DNA of 8,909 bases, taken from the NCBI GenBank assembly GCA_038826135.1, contig JAWBON010000043.1, positions 1-8,909 of the forward strand, written 5' to 3'. The position numbers and the translations under genes were made by a program. The notes below the pieces were generated by a model that saw only the letters and a program-made list of their open reading frames with translations, made no database searches and had not been told where the DNA came from. Source of the DNA: Candidatus Odinarchaeota archaeon. GTDB lineage: Archaea > Asgardarchaeota > Odinarchaeia > Odinarchaeales > Odinarchaeaceae. Positions 1-7,426 of this stretch are shown here, piece after piece; positions within the stretch are counted from its first letter, which is position 1, and each line of letters begins with the position of its first letter.

Positions 1-639
1 TTTGAAATATTAGTTGCACCGAATAAAGCCTACGAGTTTAGGAGAGGCGGTAATGTAAGTTTAGAAGAGATACTGGAAGGCTTCATAATATTCGAGGACT
101 TGAAGCATGGGAAGAAAGCCTCCCCTGAAAGTATGGAGCGGGCCTTCGGAACGAAAGACCCCCTTGTAATCGCTGAGAAAATCCTGAAAGAAGGTAGTCT
201 ACAGTTAACCTCTGAACAAAGGAAAAAAATGATAGATGAAAAGAAGAAAAGGATAATTGCAATAATCGCTAAAAACTGTGTTAACCCTCAAACGAAGCTT
301 CCCCACCCCCCGCAGAGAATAGAGCGGGGTATCGAGGAAGCTAAGATATCAATCGACCCTTGGAAAAACCCTGAGGAGCAGGCTAAAGACATAGTTAAAA
401 AACTCCAAGAGATTATGCCCATACGAATGGAGTTAACCTCGTTCGAAATCGTTATCCCCGCCACTTTCTCAGGTAAAGCCTATAACATGGTCTCCCAGTA
501 CGGGAACATTGTTAAAGAAGAGTGGGGGCCAGACGGGTCCTGGAATGGTGTTGTAGAGGTGCCTGGAGGGATGCAGACAACATTCATCGACGCTTTGAAC
601 AAGGCTACTAAGGGAACAGTTATTATAAAGAGAAAGTAG
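1..639 (+). CDS. sdo1: Ribosome maturation factor SBDS/Sdo1 (5'-truncated; true start is upstream of the window)
   Basis: Frame is open from base 1 (FEILVAPNKAYEFRRGGNVSLEEILEGFIIFEDLKHGKKAS...), so the TTG at 100 in the ORF track is internal. SBDS hallmarks: FEILV, FGTKDP..IAEKILKEGSLQLT.EQR, CVNPQTKLPHPPQRIE, IDPWK..EEQ, and C-terminal EEWGPDGSW...VPGG. Lies directly upstream of rrp4, as in the exosome superoperon. Stop TAG 637-639. Confidence 0.96.
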   Translation, partial: FEILVAPNKAYEFRRGGNVSLEEILEGFIIFEDLKHGKKASPESMERAFGTKDPLVIAEKILKEGSLQLTSEQRKKMIDEKKKRIIAIIAKNCVNPQTKLPHPPQRIERGIEEAKISIDPWKNPEEQAKDIVKKLQEIMPIRMELTSFEIVIPATFSGKAYNMVSQYGNIVKEEWGPDGSWNGVVEVPGGMQTTFIDALNKATKGTVIIKRK

Positions 640-665
640 TTGGAGAATGAGGTGTACCATATAAA

Positions 666-1379
666 ATGCCTGTAAATTTTGAAAATAATCAAATAGTATC
701 CCCTGGAGACATGTTAGCTGAAGGCGATTACTTAACCGGTGAAGGAAGCTTCAAAGAAAATAATAGGGTTTATTCATCAATCCTAGGCTTAGCGGTTTTA
801 AAAGGGAAAACAGTCTCCGTTATCCCGCTGCAAGGCTCATATTACCCGAAAGTCGGGGATATTGTAATCGGTAAAGTTTTAAACTCCTCACCTGCAGGTA
901 TGAGAATAGATATTAACTCACTGTACTCTGCAGCCATCTTCCCAACTACAACCAGCGAACCTGGAAGAAGAGGAAGAGAAAAACTCACACAGTTTGATGT
1001 TGGTGAAAACATTATCGCTAAAATAATCTCTTTTGATAGAACTCATGATCCAATCCTCACAGTTGATGAGGAGGGTTTAGGTAAGTTAGCTGGGGGTAGA
1101 ATAATAAAGATACACCCAACTAGAATACCAAGGGTGATCGGTAAAAAAGGCTCTATGATAAAGTTACTGAAAGATGAGATAACTGATAAGATAAAAATCG
1201 GTCAGAACGGTATCATATGGTTCTCTACAGAGAGCGATATAGTTGAAGACATACTTTTAACCGTGCTGAAGAAAATAGAGAGAGAAGCCCACACCTCCGG
1301 GCTAACTGATAGAGTTAAAGAATTAATTAAAAAACTTAAAGAGGAGAAGATACATGTTATTCGAAGAGGAGAAACCTGA
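666..1379 (+). CDS. rrp4: Exosome complex RNA-binding cap subunit Rrp4 (N-terminal domain + S1 + KH)
   Basis: IVSPGD N-terminal motif; S1 domain [13 protein letters not shown]...IDINSLY; KH domain [12 protein letters not shown] with intact GxxG, IGQNGIIW; C-terminal [16 protein letters not shown]-like GAGGTG at 649-654. Confidence 0.97.
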   Translation: MPVNFENNQIVSPGDMLAEGDYLTGEGSFKENNRVYSSILGLAVLKGKTVSVIPLQGSYYPKVGDIVIGKVLNSSPAGMRIDINSLYSAAIFPTTTSEPGRRGREKLTQFDVGENIIAKIISFDRTHDPILTVDEEGLGKLAGGRIIKIHPTRIPRVIGKKGSMIKLLKDEITDKIKIGQNGIIWFSTESDIVEDILLTVLKKIEREAHTSGLTDRVKELIKKLKEEKIHVIRRGET

Positions 1380-2148
1380 GAAACTTATAAGAGGCGACGG
1401 TCTGAGGCTTGACGGTAGAAAACTAGATGAATTAAGACCTATAAAATTTGAAATAGGTGTTTTAAGTCAAGCTGACGGATCCGCTTATGTAGAACATGGA
1501 AAGAATAAAATAATAGCGGCTGTTTACGGGCCAAGAGAGCTTCATCCGAAACATTTAGCGCTTCAAGATAAAGCGCTGCTAAGATGCCTTTACAGAATGA
1601 CCACGTTCTCAGTATCTGAGAGGAAAAGCCCGGCTCCTAGCAGGCGTGAAGCTGAATTATCAACTATAATAACGCAGGCACTTCAACCCGCAATTTTTCT
1701 AGAATACTATCCTCGGACATCAATCGACGTCTATATAGAAATCATTGAAGCTGATGGTGGAACAAGATGTGCTAGTATAAACGCGGCCAGTTTAGCCTTA
1801 GCAGACGCGGGGATCCCTCTAAGAGACCTCGTATCCGCGTGTGCGGTGGGGAAGGCTGACGGACAGATAATACTGGATTTAAGTGATCTCGAGGATAAGT
1901 ATGGTGATGCCGATATGCCGATCGCTATGTTATATCGTAGAGGCGATGTGACATTACTTCAAATGGACGGTCAGTTTACAGTTGAAGAATTCAATAAAGC
2001 CGTTAATCTAGGTAAAGAAGGTATAAGCAGAATATACCAGCTTCAAAAGGACGCGTTGAGAAACAAGTATCTTTCAATAAGAGATGAAGTGGCGGATGAA
2101 TCGGATGTTAGAATTGAAATAAAGAAAGAGGTTGAAGAGAATGAGTGA
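1354..2148 (+). CDS. rrp41: Exosome complex phosphorolytic exonuclease Rrp41 (RNase PH fold, catalytic subunit)
   Basis: [40 protein letters not shown] (R97/R98), ADGGTR (T137/R138 phosphate-binding site), [10 protein letters not shown] (D181/D187, matching the catalytic Asp pair of archaeal Rrp41), LLQMDG. SD GAGGAG at 1341-1346, 7 nt before the ATG. Confidence 0.98.
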   Translation: MLFEEEKPEKLIRGDGLRLDGRKLDELRPIKFEIGVLSQADGSAYVEHGKNKIIAAVYGPRELHPKHLALQDKALLRCLYRMTTFSVSERKSPAPSRREAELSTIITQALQPAIFLEYYPRTSIDVYIEIIEADGGTRCASINAASLALADAGIPLRDLVSACAVGKADGQIILDLSDLEDKYGDADMPIAMLYRRGDVTLLQMDGQFTVEEFNKAVNLGKEGISRIYQLQKDALRNKYLSIRDEVADESDVRIEIKKEVEENE

Positions 2149-2950
2149 AGTGTATAAGATCGTTTCTGAAATAGAGCGGAATCAGATAATAGCTAAAATA
2201 GCTAAAGGTAAAAGATTAGACGGCCGCTCCCTTGACGAATATAGGTCTATCAAGATTGAAACAGGTATCGTAGGTAAGGCTGACGGCTCAGCTAAGGTTG
2301 AACTTGGCGATACAAAAGTTATAGTTGGCATTAAAATAGACATAGGCGAACCCTTCCCCGACACACCTAACGAAGGGGTTATTACGATAAGCGCTGAACT
2401 TCTGCCTATGGCTTTCCCAACCTTTGAGCCAGGCCCCCCGAACTTCGACGCGATAGAATTAGCGAGAGTGGTTGATAGAGGAATCCGACACTCAGATGTG
2501 GTTGACAGGGCTAAGCTGTGCCTTATCCCAGGAAAAAAAGTCTGGATAATCTTCGCAGACATATATGTTCTAGACAGTGACGGCAACCTATTCGACGCTT
2601 CTTCAATAGCCACTCTGGCCGCCCTTAAAAACCTTAGATTACCAGAAGTTAAAGTTAACGGTGAAGAAGTAGAGGTGATTAAGGATTCTAAAAACCCCAT
2701 ACCTTTAAAAGGCAAGCTTGCCGCTGTTACTATTGCAAAAGTAGGTGACTATCTCATCGTAGATCCGGATAACAGTGAAGAGCGCATAATGGATGCGAGG
2801 ATAACCGTCGCGTTCAACGAGGATGGTAAGATATGCGCTATACAGAAAGGCGGTGAATCATCATTCAAATACCAGGAAATCCAGAGTGCCGTAGAGTTAG
2901 CGCGTAAAGCCTCTAAAACAATATTTAACGAATTATCTAAGGTGATGTAG
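2141..2950 (+). CDS. rrp42: Exosome complex component Rrp42 (RNase PH fold, non-catalytic ring subunit)
   Basis: [65 protein letters not shown]...EE..MD, CAIQKGG. Start placed at ATG 2141 (SD GAGGT at 2128-2132, 8 nt spacer) rather than the TTG at 2132, which overlaps the SD. Confidence 0.97.
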   Translation: MSEVYKIVSEIERNQIIAKIAKGKRLDGRSLDEYRSIKIETGIVGKADGSAKVELGDTKVIVGIKIDIGEPFPDTPNEGVITISAELLPMAFPTFEPGPPNFDAIELARVVDRGIRHSDVVDRAKLCLIPGKKVWIIFADIYVLDSDGNLFDASSIATLAALKNLRLPEVKVNGEEVEVIKDSKNPIPLKGKLAAVTIAKVGDYLIVDPDNSEERIMDARITVAFNEDGKICAIQKGGESSFKYQEIQSAVELARKASKTIFNELSKVM

Positions 2951-3220
2951 ATGGGTGGAACTAAAAAAGTCGGTTCAGCCGGCAGGTTCGGTGCCAGATA
3001 CGGGGTTAAAATCCGTAAACTAGTCAGTAGACTAGAAGCTAAAACACGAAGCCCCCATAAATGCCCCAGATGTTCAACCCCGAAGGTTAAAAGAATTGGC
3101 TTAGGGATATGGCAGTGTAAGAAATGCAATTATAAATTCGCTGGCGGATGCTGGCTTCCGCAAACAGATACAAGCAAGCTAGTAACCAGAATGAGTAAAA
3201 CCTCTCAAACTGAAACTTAA
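2951..3220 (+). CDS. rpl37ae: 50S ribosomal protein L37Ae (eL43), C4 zinc ribbon
   Basis: TKKVGSAGRFGARYG, CPRC...KVKRIGLGIWQCKKC..KFAGG. SD AAGGTGAT at 2939-2946. Confidence 0.98.
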   Translation: MGGTKKVGSAGRFGARYGVKIRKLVSRLEAKTRSPHKCPRCSTPKVKRIGLGIWQCKKCNYKFAGGCWLPQTDTSKLVTRMSKTSQTET

Positions 3221-3228
3221 TAACGATT

Positions 3229-3774
3229 ATGAGCTTAATAACAACATCAAGGCATCCGGCGATTAAAGCCCGAGTCTTAATCAAAGATCTATCACATCTT
3301 TTACCAAACTGTCTTAGAATTAACCGCGGTAAAGCAAGCTTATCAGCCCTAGTAATGAAAGCCTTACAGAATAGTAAACACACTATAATAATCGTTGACT
3401 CGAAGAAGAGCATCCCCGACTCCCTTCATATTTTACAAATAGGCGTTAACGCGCGCATCCTAAACGATTTTAGAATATTAATAACAGGATTCGAAGAAAA
3501 AACATCTGTAAGCAGTTTAAGAGCCCCTGAAACAGCGCCACGCTACTATCTGATAGATGAAAATCTCCCAAATCAAGTAATTGATAAAATAAGTGAAATC
3601 TCAAAATCACTCGGACTTAACAAAATCGACAACGCTCAGTTGAATAATATCTCTGGGGTAGTTTTTTATTTTAAACTTGAAAATAATACGGTAACACTTA
3701 AATTCTATTTAGCGCCTTCAATGGATGAATTGGGGCCTAGGCTTAAAATTCAACAGATAGTTAAAGGTGGTTGA
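3229..3774 (+). CDS. Brix/Imp4-superfamily rRNA-binding ribosome biogenesis protein
   Basis: N-terminal ITTSRHP.....IKDL...LP....INRGK.SL..L Brix signature; C-terminal ELGPRL motif; position between rpl37ae and pcc1 as in the superoperon. Confidence 0.88.
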   Translation: MSLITTSRHPAIKARVLIKDLSHLLPNCLRINRGKASLSALVMKALQNSKHTIIIVDSKKSIPDSLHILQIGVNARILNDFRILITGFEEKTSVSSLRAPETAPRYYLIDENLPNQVIDKISEISKSLGLNKIDNAQLNNISGVVFYFKLENNTVTLKFYLAPSMDELGPRLKIQQIVKGG

Positions 3775-4034
3775 AAACGGATTATCCAATAAGCTGTGAA
3801 CTAGAATTCTTCTACGAAGACCCCTATGAGGTTGAGGTAACCTTATCAGCGTTAAGCCCGGAGACAGGGGAGGAGAAGAGCCGGAGGGGAACTGTGAAAC
3901 TAGAGCGTGACGGGAATAGTTTAAGAATAAAATTCCAGGCAAAAGATTTAACAGTATTAAGGTCTATGATAAATACCTATACTCGATGGATAAATATAAT
4001 AGAGAAGACTAAATTGATTAAAGGAGGTCAATAA
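3771..4034 (+). CDS. pcc1: KEOPS complex subunit Pcc1 (t6A tRNA modification)
   Basis: 87 aa; ALSPE, LRIKFQAKDLTVLRSMINTYTRWI matches the Pcc1 pattern A.D...LR...N.Y.RW; located between the Brix gene and pfdB. TTG start overlaps the upstream TGA, so the exact start is uncertain. Confidence 0.88.
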   Translation: MKTDYPISCELEFFYEDPYEVEVTLSALSPETGEEKSRRGTVKLERDGNSLRIKFQAKDLTVLRSMINTYTRWINIIEKTKLIKGGQ

Positions 4035-4035
4035 T

Positions 4036-4404
4036 ATGAGTTCGCCTGAAATACCTGCCGCAATCCAGCAGGATCTTATAAAACTGCAACAATTGCAGCA
4101 GCAATATGAGTTAGTTATCGCTCAGAGAACCCAGATGGAGATTCAACTCAAGGAAACCGAGTTCGCTTTAGCTGAGCTTGGTAAATTAGAGGGTGAACCG
4201 GTAGTGTATAAGTCAGTCGGCCCGCTTTTAATGCGAGGTAATAAAGCTCAATTCGAATCAGAGTTGAATGATTCAAAGGAAACCCTCGAGCTAAGGATAA
4301 AAACACTTCTCAAACAAGAAGAACAGTTAAGGAAGCAAGTTCAAGAGTTAAGTTTAAAAATACAATCTCAACTGAAAACTGGAGGGAGCCCCCCAAGTAA
4401 TTGA
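4036..4404 (+). CDS. pfdB: Prefoldin subunit beta
   Basis: Two Q/L/E-rich coiled coils (LQQLQQQYELV..QRTQME.QLKETEFAL.EL and KETLELRIKTL.KQEE.LRKQ) flanking the beta-hairpin VYKSVGPLLM. Strong SD AAGGAGGT at 4021-4028. Confidence 0.96.
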   Translation: MSSPEIPAAIQQDLIKLQQLQQQYELVIAQRTQMEIQLKETEFALAELGKLEGEPVVYKSVGPLLMRGNKAQFESELNDSKETLELRIKTLLKQEEQLRKQVQELSLKIQSQLKTGGSPPSN

Positions 4405-4416
4405 AAAGGTGTCCGA

Positions 4417-4686
4417 TTGTCTCATGAGAAAAACCTGTCACCTGATAAAATAGCTGAAATAATCAGTAGAGTTGAGGAATATATTAGAAGCTATATTGAT
4501 TCTAAAATAAATAGAAAAACCATTGATAAACTCGACATAATAATAGACGTCGACTATGATAATAGTTTAGAAGTAAACGTTGAGATTGAATTAGACGCTG
4601 GTTTATTATCTGAAAAATACCAGCCTATAATTGAAGAAGCGGTTGATTTAGCGCATGAAATGTTAGAGAAAGAATTGCGAGGTTAG
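4417..4686 (+). CDS. Small acidic conserved archaeal protein, DUF3194 / MTH677-like
   Basis: 89 aa with helix, beta hairpin (LDIIIDVDYDNSLEVNVEIELD), helix (IIEEAVDLAHEMLEKELR); sits directly after pfdB where DUF3194 genes are typically found. SD AAGGTG at 4406-4411, 5 nt before the TTG. Confidence 0.75.
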   Translation: MSHEKNLSPDKIAEIISRVEEYIRSYIDSKINRKTIDKLDIIIDVDYDNSLEVNVEIELDAGLLSEKYQPIIEEAVDLAHEMLEKELRG

Positions 4687-4687
4687 C

Positions 4688-5692
4688 TTGTTGAATACGA
4701 GCGTTCACGCTCTCTTTAATAAATTAAATAATAAGAAAATAATTATCAGCTTCCATCAAAACGGTGATCCTGACGCTGTCGGCAGCGCTGTCGCTCTTCG
4801 AGAAATACTTAAACAGAAATATCACTGTACGGTTAAAATAGCCTTCGACAGCGTCAGTAAAATCTCAGAGTCACTGCTACAAGAAGTTCAAGTAAAATTA
4901 GATGAACTATCAGATTTTCAAGATCAATACGATTTCATAATACTTGTAGACACAAATAACCCCGCGCAACTAGGTAATACAAGTTTAGAAATCTCTAAAG
5001 ATAAAACACTTCTTATAGATCACCATATACCACACTCTACTATAACCGATTTCAGCTCAGCTAATCTGATAAAACCAGATTACCCATCCACATGCGAGAT
5101 TATTTTTGAAATAAGCGAAAATCTTAAAACAAACCTATCCGATAGTGCAAGATTTCTATTATTAGCTGGCATAATCTATGATTCAAGATATTTCTCAATA
5201 ATCGGCTCAGAGACACTGCTAACCGCTTATAAACTTTTGAAAACAGGTTTAGACTATTATAAAATATTAACCCTGCTTAATCCTTTAAAAGACAGGTCTG
5301 AGCGAATCGCGAGATTGAAAGCTGTTAAACGAATGGAATTATATGAGGCTGGGGATTGGATAATCGCTATTTCTAAACTCGGATCATTCGAGGCAAGCGC
5401 GAGCAGAGCCCTCATCCAATTAGGAGCAGACCTCTCAATTGTAGTTAACATAGGAAAAGACACTGTTCGAATAAGCAGCAGAGCTTCAAGCGAATTTGTA
5501 AAGCAGACAGGCATAAACTTGGCGAAAGATTTAATGGAGCCTATAGGACCTGTAATTAAAGGACAGGGTGGCGGACATATTTCAGCAGCAGGCTGCAACG
5601 GCGTCGCCAACGCTGAGGAGGCTTTAGAGAAAATTAAAGAAATAATTTCAACAAAACTTAATGTAAAAATTAAAAGGATAGTACGCGAATAA
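4688..5692 (+). CDS. DHH/DHHA1 family phosphoesterase, NrnA-like (putative nanoRNase / pAp phosphatase)
   Basis: HQNGDPDAVGS (DxD), ILVDT, LIDHH (DHH at 5018-5026), GIIYDS, RISSR and GGGHISAAG (DHHA1). Two adjacent TTG codons (4688, 4691) are possible starts. Confidence 0.9.
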   Translation: MLNTSVHALFNKLNNKKIIISFHQNGDPDAVGSAVALREILKQKYHCTVKIAFDSVSKISESLLQEVQVKLDELSDFQDQYDFIILVDTNNPAQLGNTSLEISKDKTLLIDHHIPHSTITDFSSANLIKPDYPSTCEIIFEISENLKTNLSDSARFLLLAGIIYDSRYFSIIGSETLLTAYKLLKTGLDYYKILTLLNPLKDRSERIARLKAVKRMELYEAGDWIIAISKLGSFEASASRALIQLGADLSIVVNIGKDTVRISSRASSEFVKQTGINLAKDLMEPIGPVIKGQGGGHISAAGCNGVANAEEALEKIKEIISTKLNVKIKRIVRE

Positions 5693-5697
5693 AAGCT

Positions 5698-5714
5698 GAA
5701 AACTATTTTAAATA
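5698..5714 (+). promoter_or_regulatory. Putative archaeal promoter (BRE-like GAAAAC + TATA box TTTAAATA) for the ecfA1-ecfA2-ecfT transcript
   Basis: TTTAAATA at 5707-5714 fits the TTTAWATA consensus, preceded by purine-rich GAAAAC at 5698-5703, inside the longest intergenic gap (5693-5750). SD GGTGA at 5739-5743. AT richness makes a chance match possible. Confidence 0.45.
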
Positions 5715-5750
5715 TTTTAATCTACTGCTAACTAACCTGGTGAACAGGGG

Positions 5751-6599
5751 ATGGAGTCTATGCCACTGATTGAATTCCAGAACGTCTCATTCAAGTACGG
5801 GGACTCAAACGAGTACGCGATTAAAGACATTAATTTGAAGGTTGATGAAGGCGAATTCATCATACTAACAGGCTCAACAGGATGCGGTAAGACCACGCTT
5901 ATAAGGTGCATAAACGGTTTAATACCCCACTTCCATCAAGGCGTGCTTGAAGGGAAAATTATTGTAAACGGTCTTATAACCGCAGAGCATACAGTAGCCT
6001 CCCTATCCACGATTGTAGGCATAGTTTTCCAGAACCCTGAGAACCAGTTAGTGTCACTTAACGTGTTAAGAGAGCTCGCATTCGGCCCGGAAAACATGGG
6101 TATGCCGAGGGATGAAATAAACAGTAGAGTGATGGAAGTCGCTGATAAACTTGGGTTAAAACCTCTATTAGAGAAGCCTCCTGTTGAAATGTCAGGCGGT
6201 GAGCAGCAGCGAGTAGCAATCGCCTCCGTGCTCACGTTGAAGCCTAAAGTTCTATTATTAGATGAGCCTACAGCTAACCTGGATCCTAGAAGCGCGAAAA
6301 CAATAATTGAACTGTTACACTCCCTTAACAGAGAGCTCAACCTCACCATCATCGTCATAGAACATAGACTTGAACTTTTAATAGAGTATGCGACCCGCCT
6401 TATAATCATGAATAACGGTAGAATCACAGCTGACGGCCCGCCTAGTGAAATCCTCTACTCCGCTGAAGCTGAAAAAAGCGGTGTAAATATTCCACGGCTG
6501 ATAAGAGTTTTCAAACGGTTAAAAAACACCGGCCTCCGTTTAGAACCTTTACCAGTCACAATCGAAGACGGCGTTAAAATGTTAAAGAAGGTGTCGTAA
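5751..6599 (+). CDS. ecfA1: Energy-coupling factor (ECF) transporter ATPase, A component 1
   Basis: Walker A GSTGCGKT, Q-loop VFQNPENQL, ECF-typical ELAFGPENMG, signature MSGGEQQR, Walker B LLLDEPTANLD, H-loop IEH, C-terminal GVNIP extension typical of EcfA. Confidence 0.93.
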   Translation: MESMPLIEFQNVSFKYGDSNEYAIKDINLKVDEGEFIILTGSTGCGKTTLIRCINGLIPHFHQGVLEGKIIVNGLITAEHTVASLSTIVGIVFQNPENQLVSLNVLRELAFGPENMGMPRDEINSRVMEVADKLGLKPLLEKPPVEMSGGEQQRVAIASVLTLKPKVLLLDEPTANLDPRSAKTIIELLHSLNRELNLTIIVIEHRLELLIEYATRLIIMNNGRITADGPPSEILYSAEAEKSGVNIPRLIRVFKRLKNTGLRLEPLPVTIEDGVKMLKKVS

Positions 6600-7426
6600 T
6601 GATAGAGACATTTAACTTAAAATACACCTACCCCACCGGTCAGCCTGCTTTAAACGGTGTGTCATTAAAGATTTCAGACGGTGAACTTGTAGCTATAATG
6701 GGACCTAACGGAGCTGGTAAAAGCACCCTGGTGAAACATTTCAACGGTTTACTTAAACCTACAAACGGTAAAGTATTGATAGACGGTTTAAGCACAGATA
6801 AACAAACAGTTGCCGAACTGGCTAGAAAAGTCGGCTTCGTCTTTCAAAACGCAGACCACCAGTTATTCGCTGACACTGTTGAAAAAGAAATCGAGTTCAC
6901 TCTTAAAAATCTCGGATTTTATGAAAACTTAGATGAGCTTAAAACAAAGACGCTTGAAGACTTCAATCTTCTCAAATACCGTGATAAATCCCCTTTCTCC
7001 CTCAGTGGCGGTGAAAGGAAAAGAGTAGCGTTAGCCTCAGTCTTATGCGCTAATCCTAAAATAATTATTTTAGACGAACCCACAGCAGGCCAGGATATGA
7101 TTCAGAAAAACAATCTACTAGAAATGATTGAAAACCTTCACTCTAAAGGTAAAACACTTATAATCGTCTCACACGATGTAGAGTTTATAGTCGACCTTAA
7201 CCCCAGGATCATAACTATGGCTGGTGGCATGATTGTCTGTGACGGTGACATGCAGGATGTTTTAACAAACAAGAAAGTACTAGAATACGTTAATCTATCC
7301 CCACCTCAGATAACCGAATTCGCCTGGCGCGTATCTGATGAAGTGAAGCCTTTACCCGGTAAAATCCTTACAGTGGACCAGTTAATTGAAGCGCTACAAA
7401 ACCATATTTTAGGGGGGAAAATATGA
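6599..7426 (+). CDS. ecfA2: ECF transporter ATPase, A component 2 (A')
   Basis: Walker A GPNGAGKS, VFQNADHQLFADTVEKEI.F, LSGGERKRVALA, ILDEPTAGQD, VSHD. 1-nt overlap (TAATG) with ecfA1. Confidence 0.93.
   Translation: MIETFNLKYTYPTGQPALNGVSLKISDGELVAIMGPNGAGKSTLVKHFNGLLKPTNGKVLIDGLSTDKQTVAELARKVGFVFQNADHQLFADTVEKEIEFTLKNLGFYENLDELKTKTLEDFNLLKYRDKSPFSLSGGERKRVALASVLCANPKIIILDEPTAGQDMIQKNNLLEMIENLHSKGKTLIIVSHDVEFIVDLNPRIITMAGGMIVCDGDMQDVLTNKKVLEYVNLSPPQITEFAWRVSDEVKPLPGKILTVDQLIEALQNHILGGKI

Noticed and set aside
100-639. ORF-track start of SBDS at TTG 100 (179 aa)
   Set aside because: The frame is open from base 1 and encodes the conserved FEILV motif, so the gene starts upstream of the window and is not a truncated variant.
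469-692. Minus-strand ORFs 469-660 and 480-692
   Set aside because: Antisense to the conserved SBDS C-terminus; no recognisable motifs.
2071-2148. Acidic C-terminal tail of Rrp41 ([24 protein letters not shown])
   Set aside because: Acidic, variable tails are common on archaeal Rrp41; not distinctive without an alignment.
666-2950. Absence of csl4 and dnaG from the exosome cluster
   Set aside because: These exosome-associated genes are normally encoded elsewhere in archaeal genomes.
3139-3220. eL43 variant GGCW (usually GGAY/GGAW) giving a fifth Cys, plus an S/T-rich tail
   Set aside because: Single substitution outside the zinc-binding CxxC pairs in a variable region; no basis for a functional claim.
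2182-3413. Minus-strand ORFs 2182-2715, 2749-3129 and 3087-3413
   Set aside because: Shadow frames of rrp42, rpl37ae and the Brix gene; S/L/I-rich composition typical of antisense translation, no family signature.
3718-3942. Minus-strand 74-aa ORF
   Set aside because: Antisense to Brix/pcc1; no motif, and not Rpo12-like (no cysteines).
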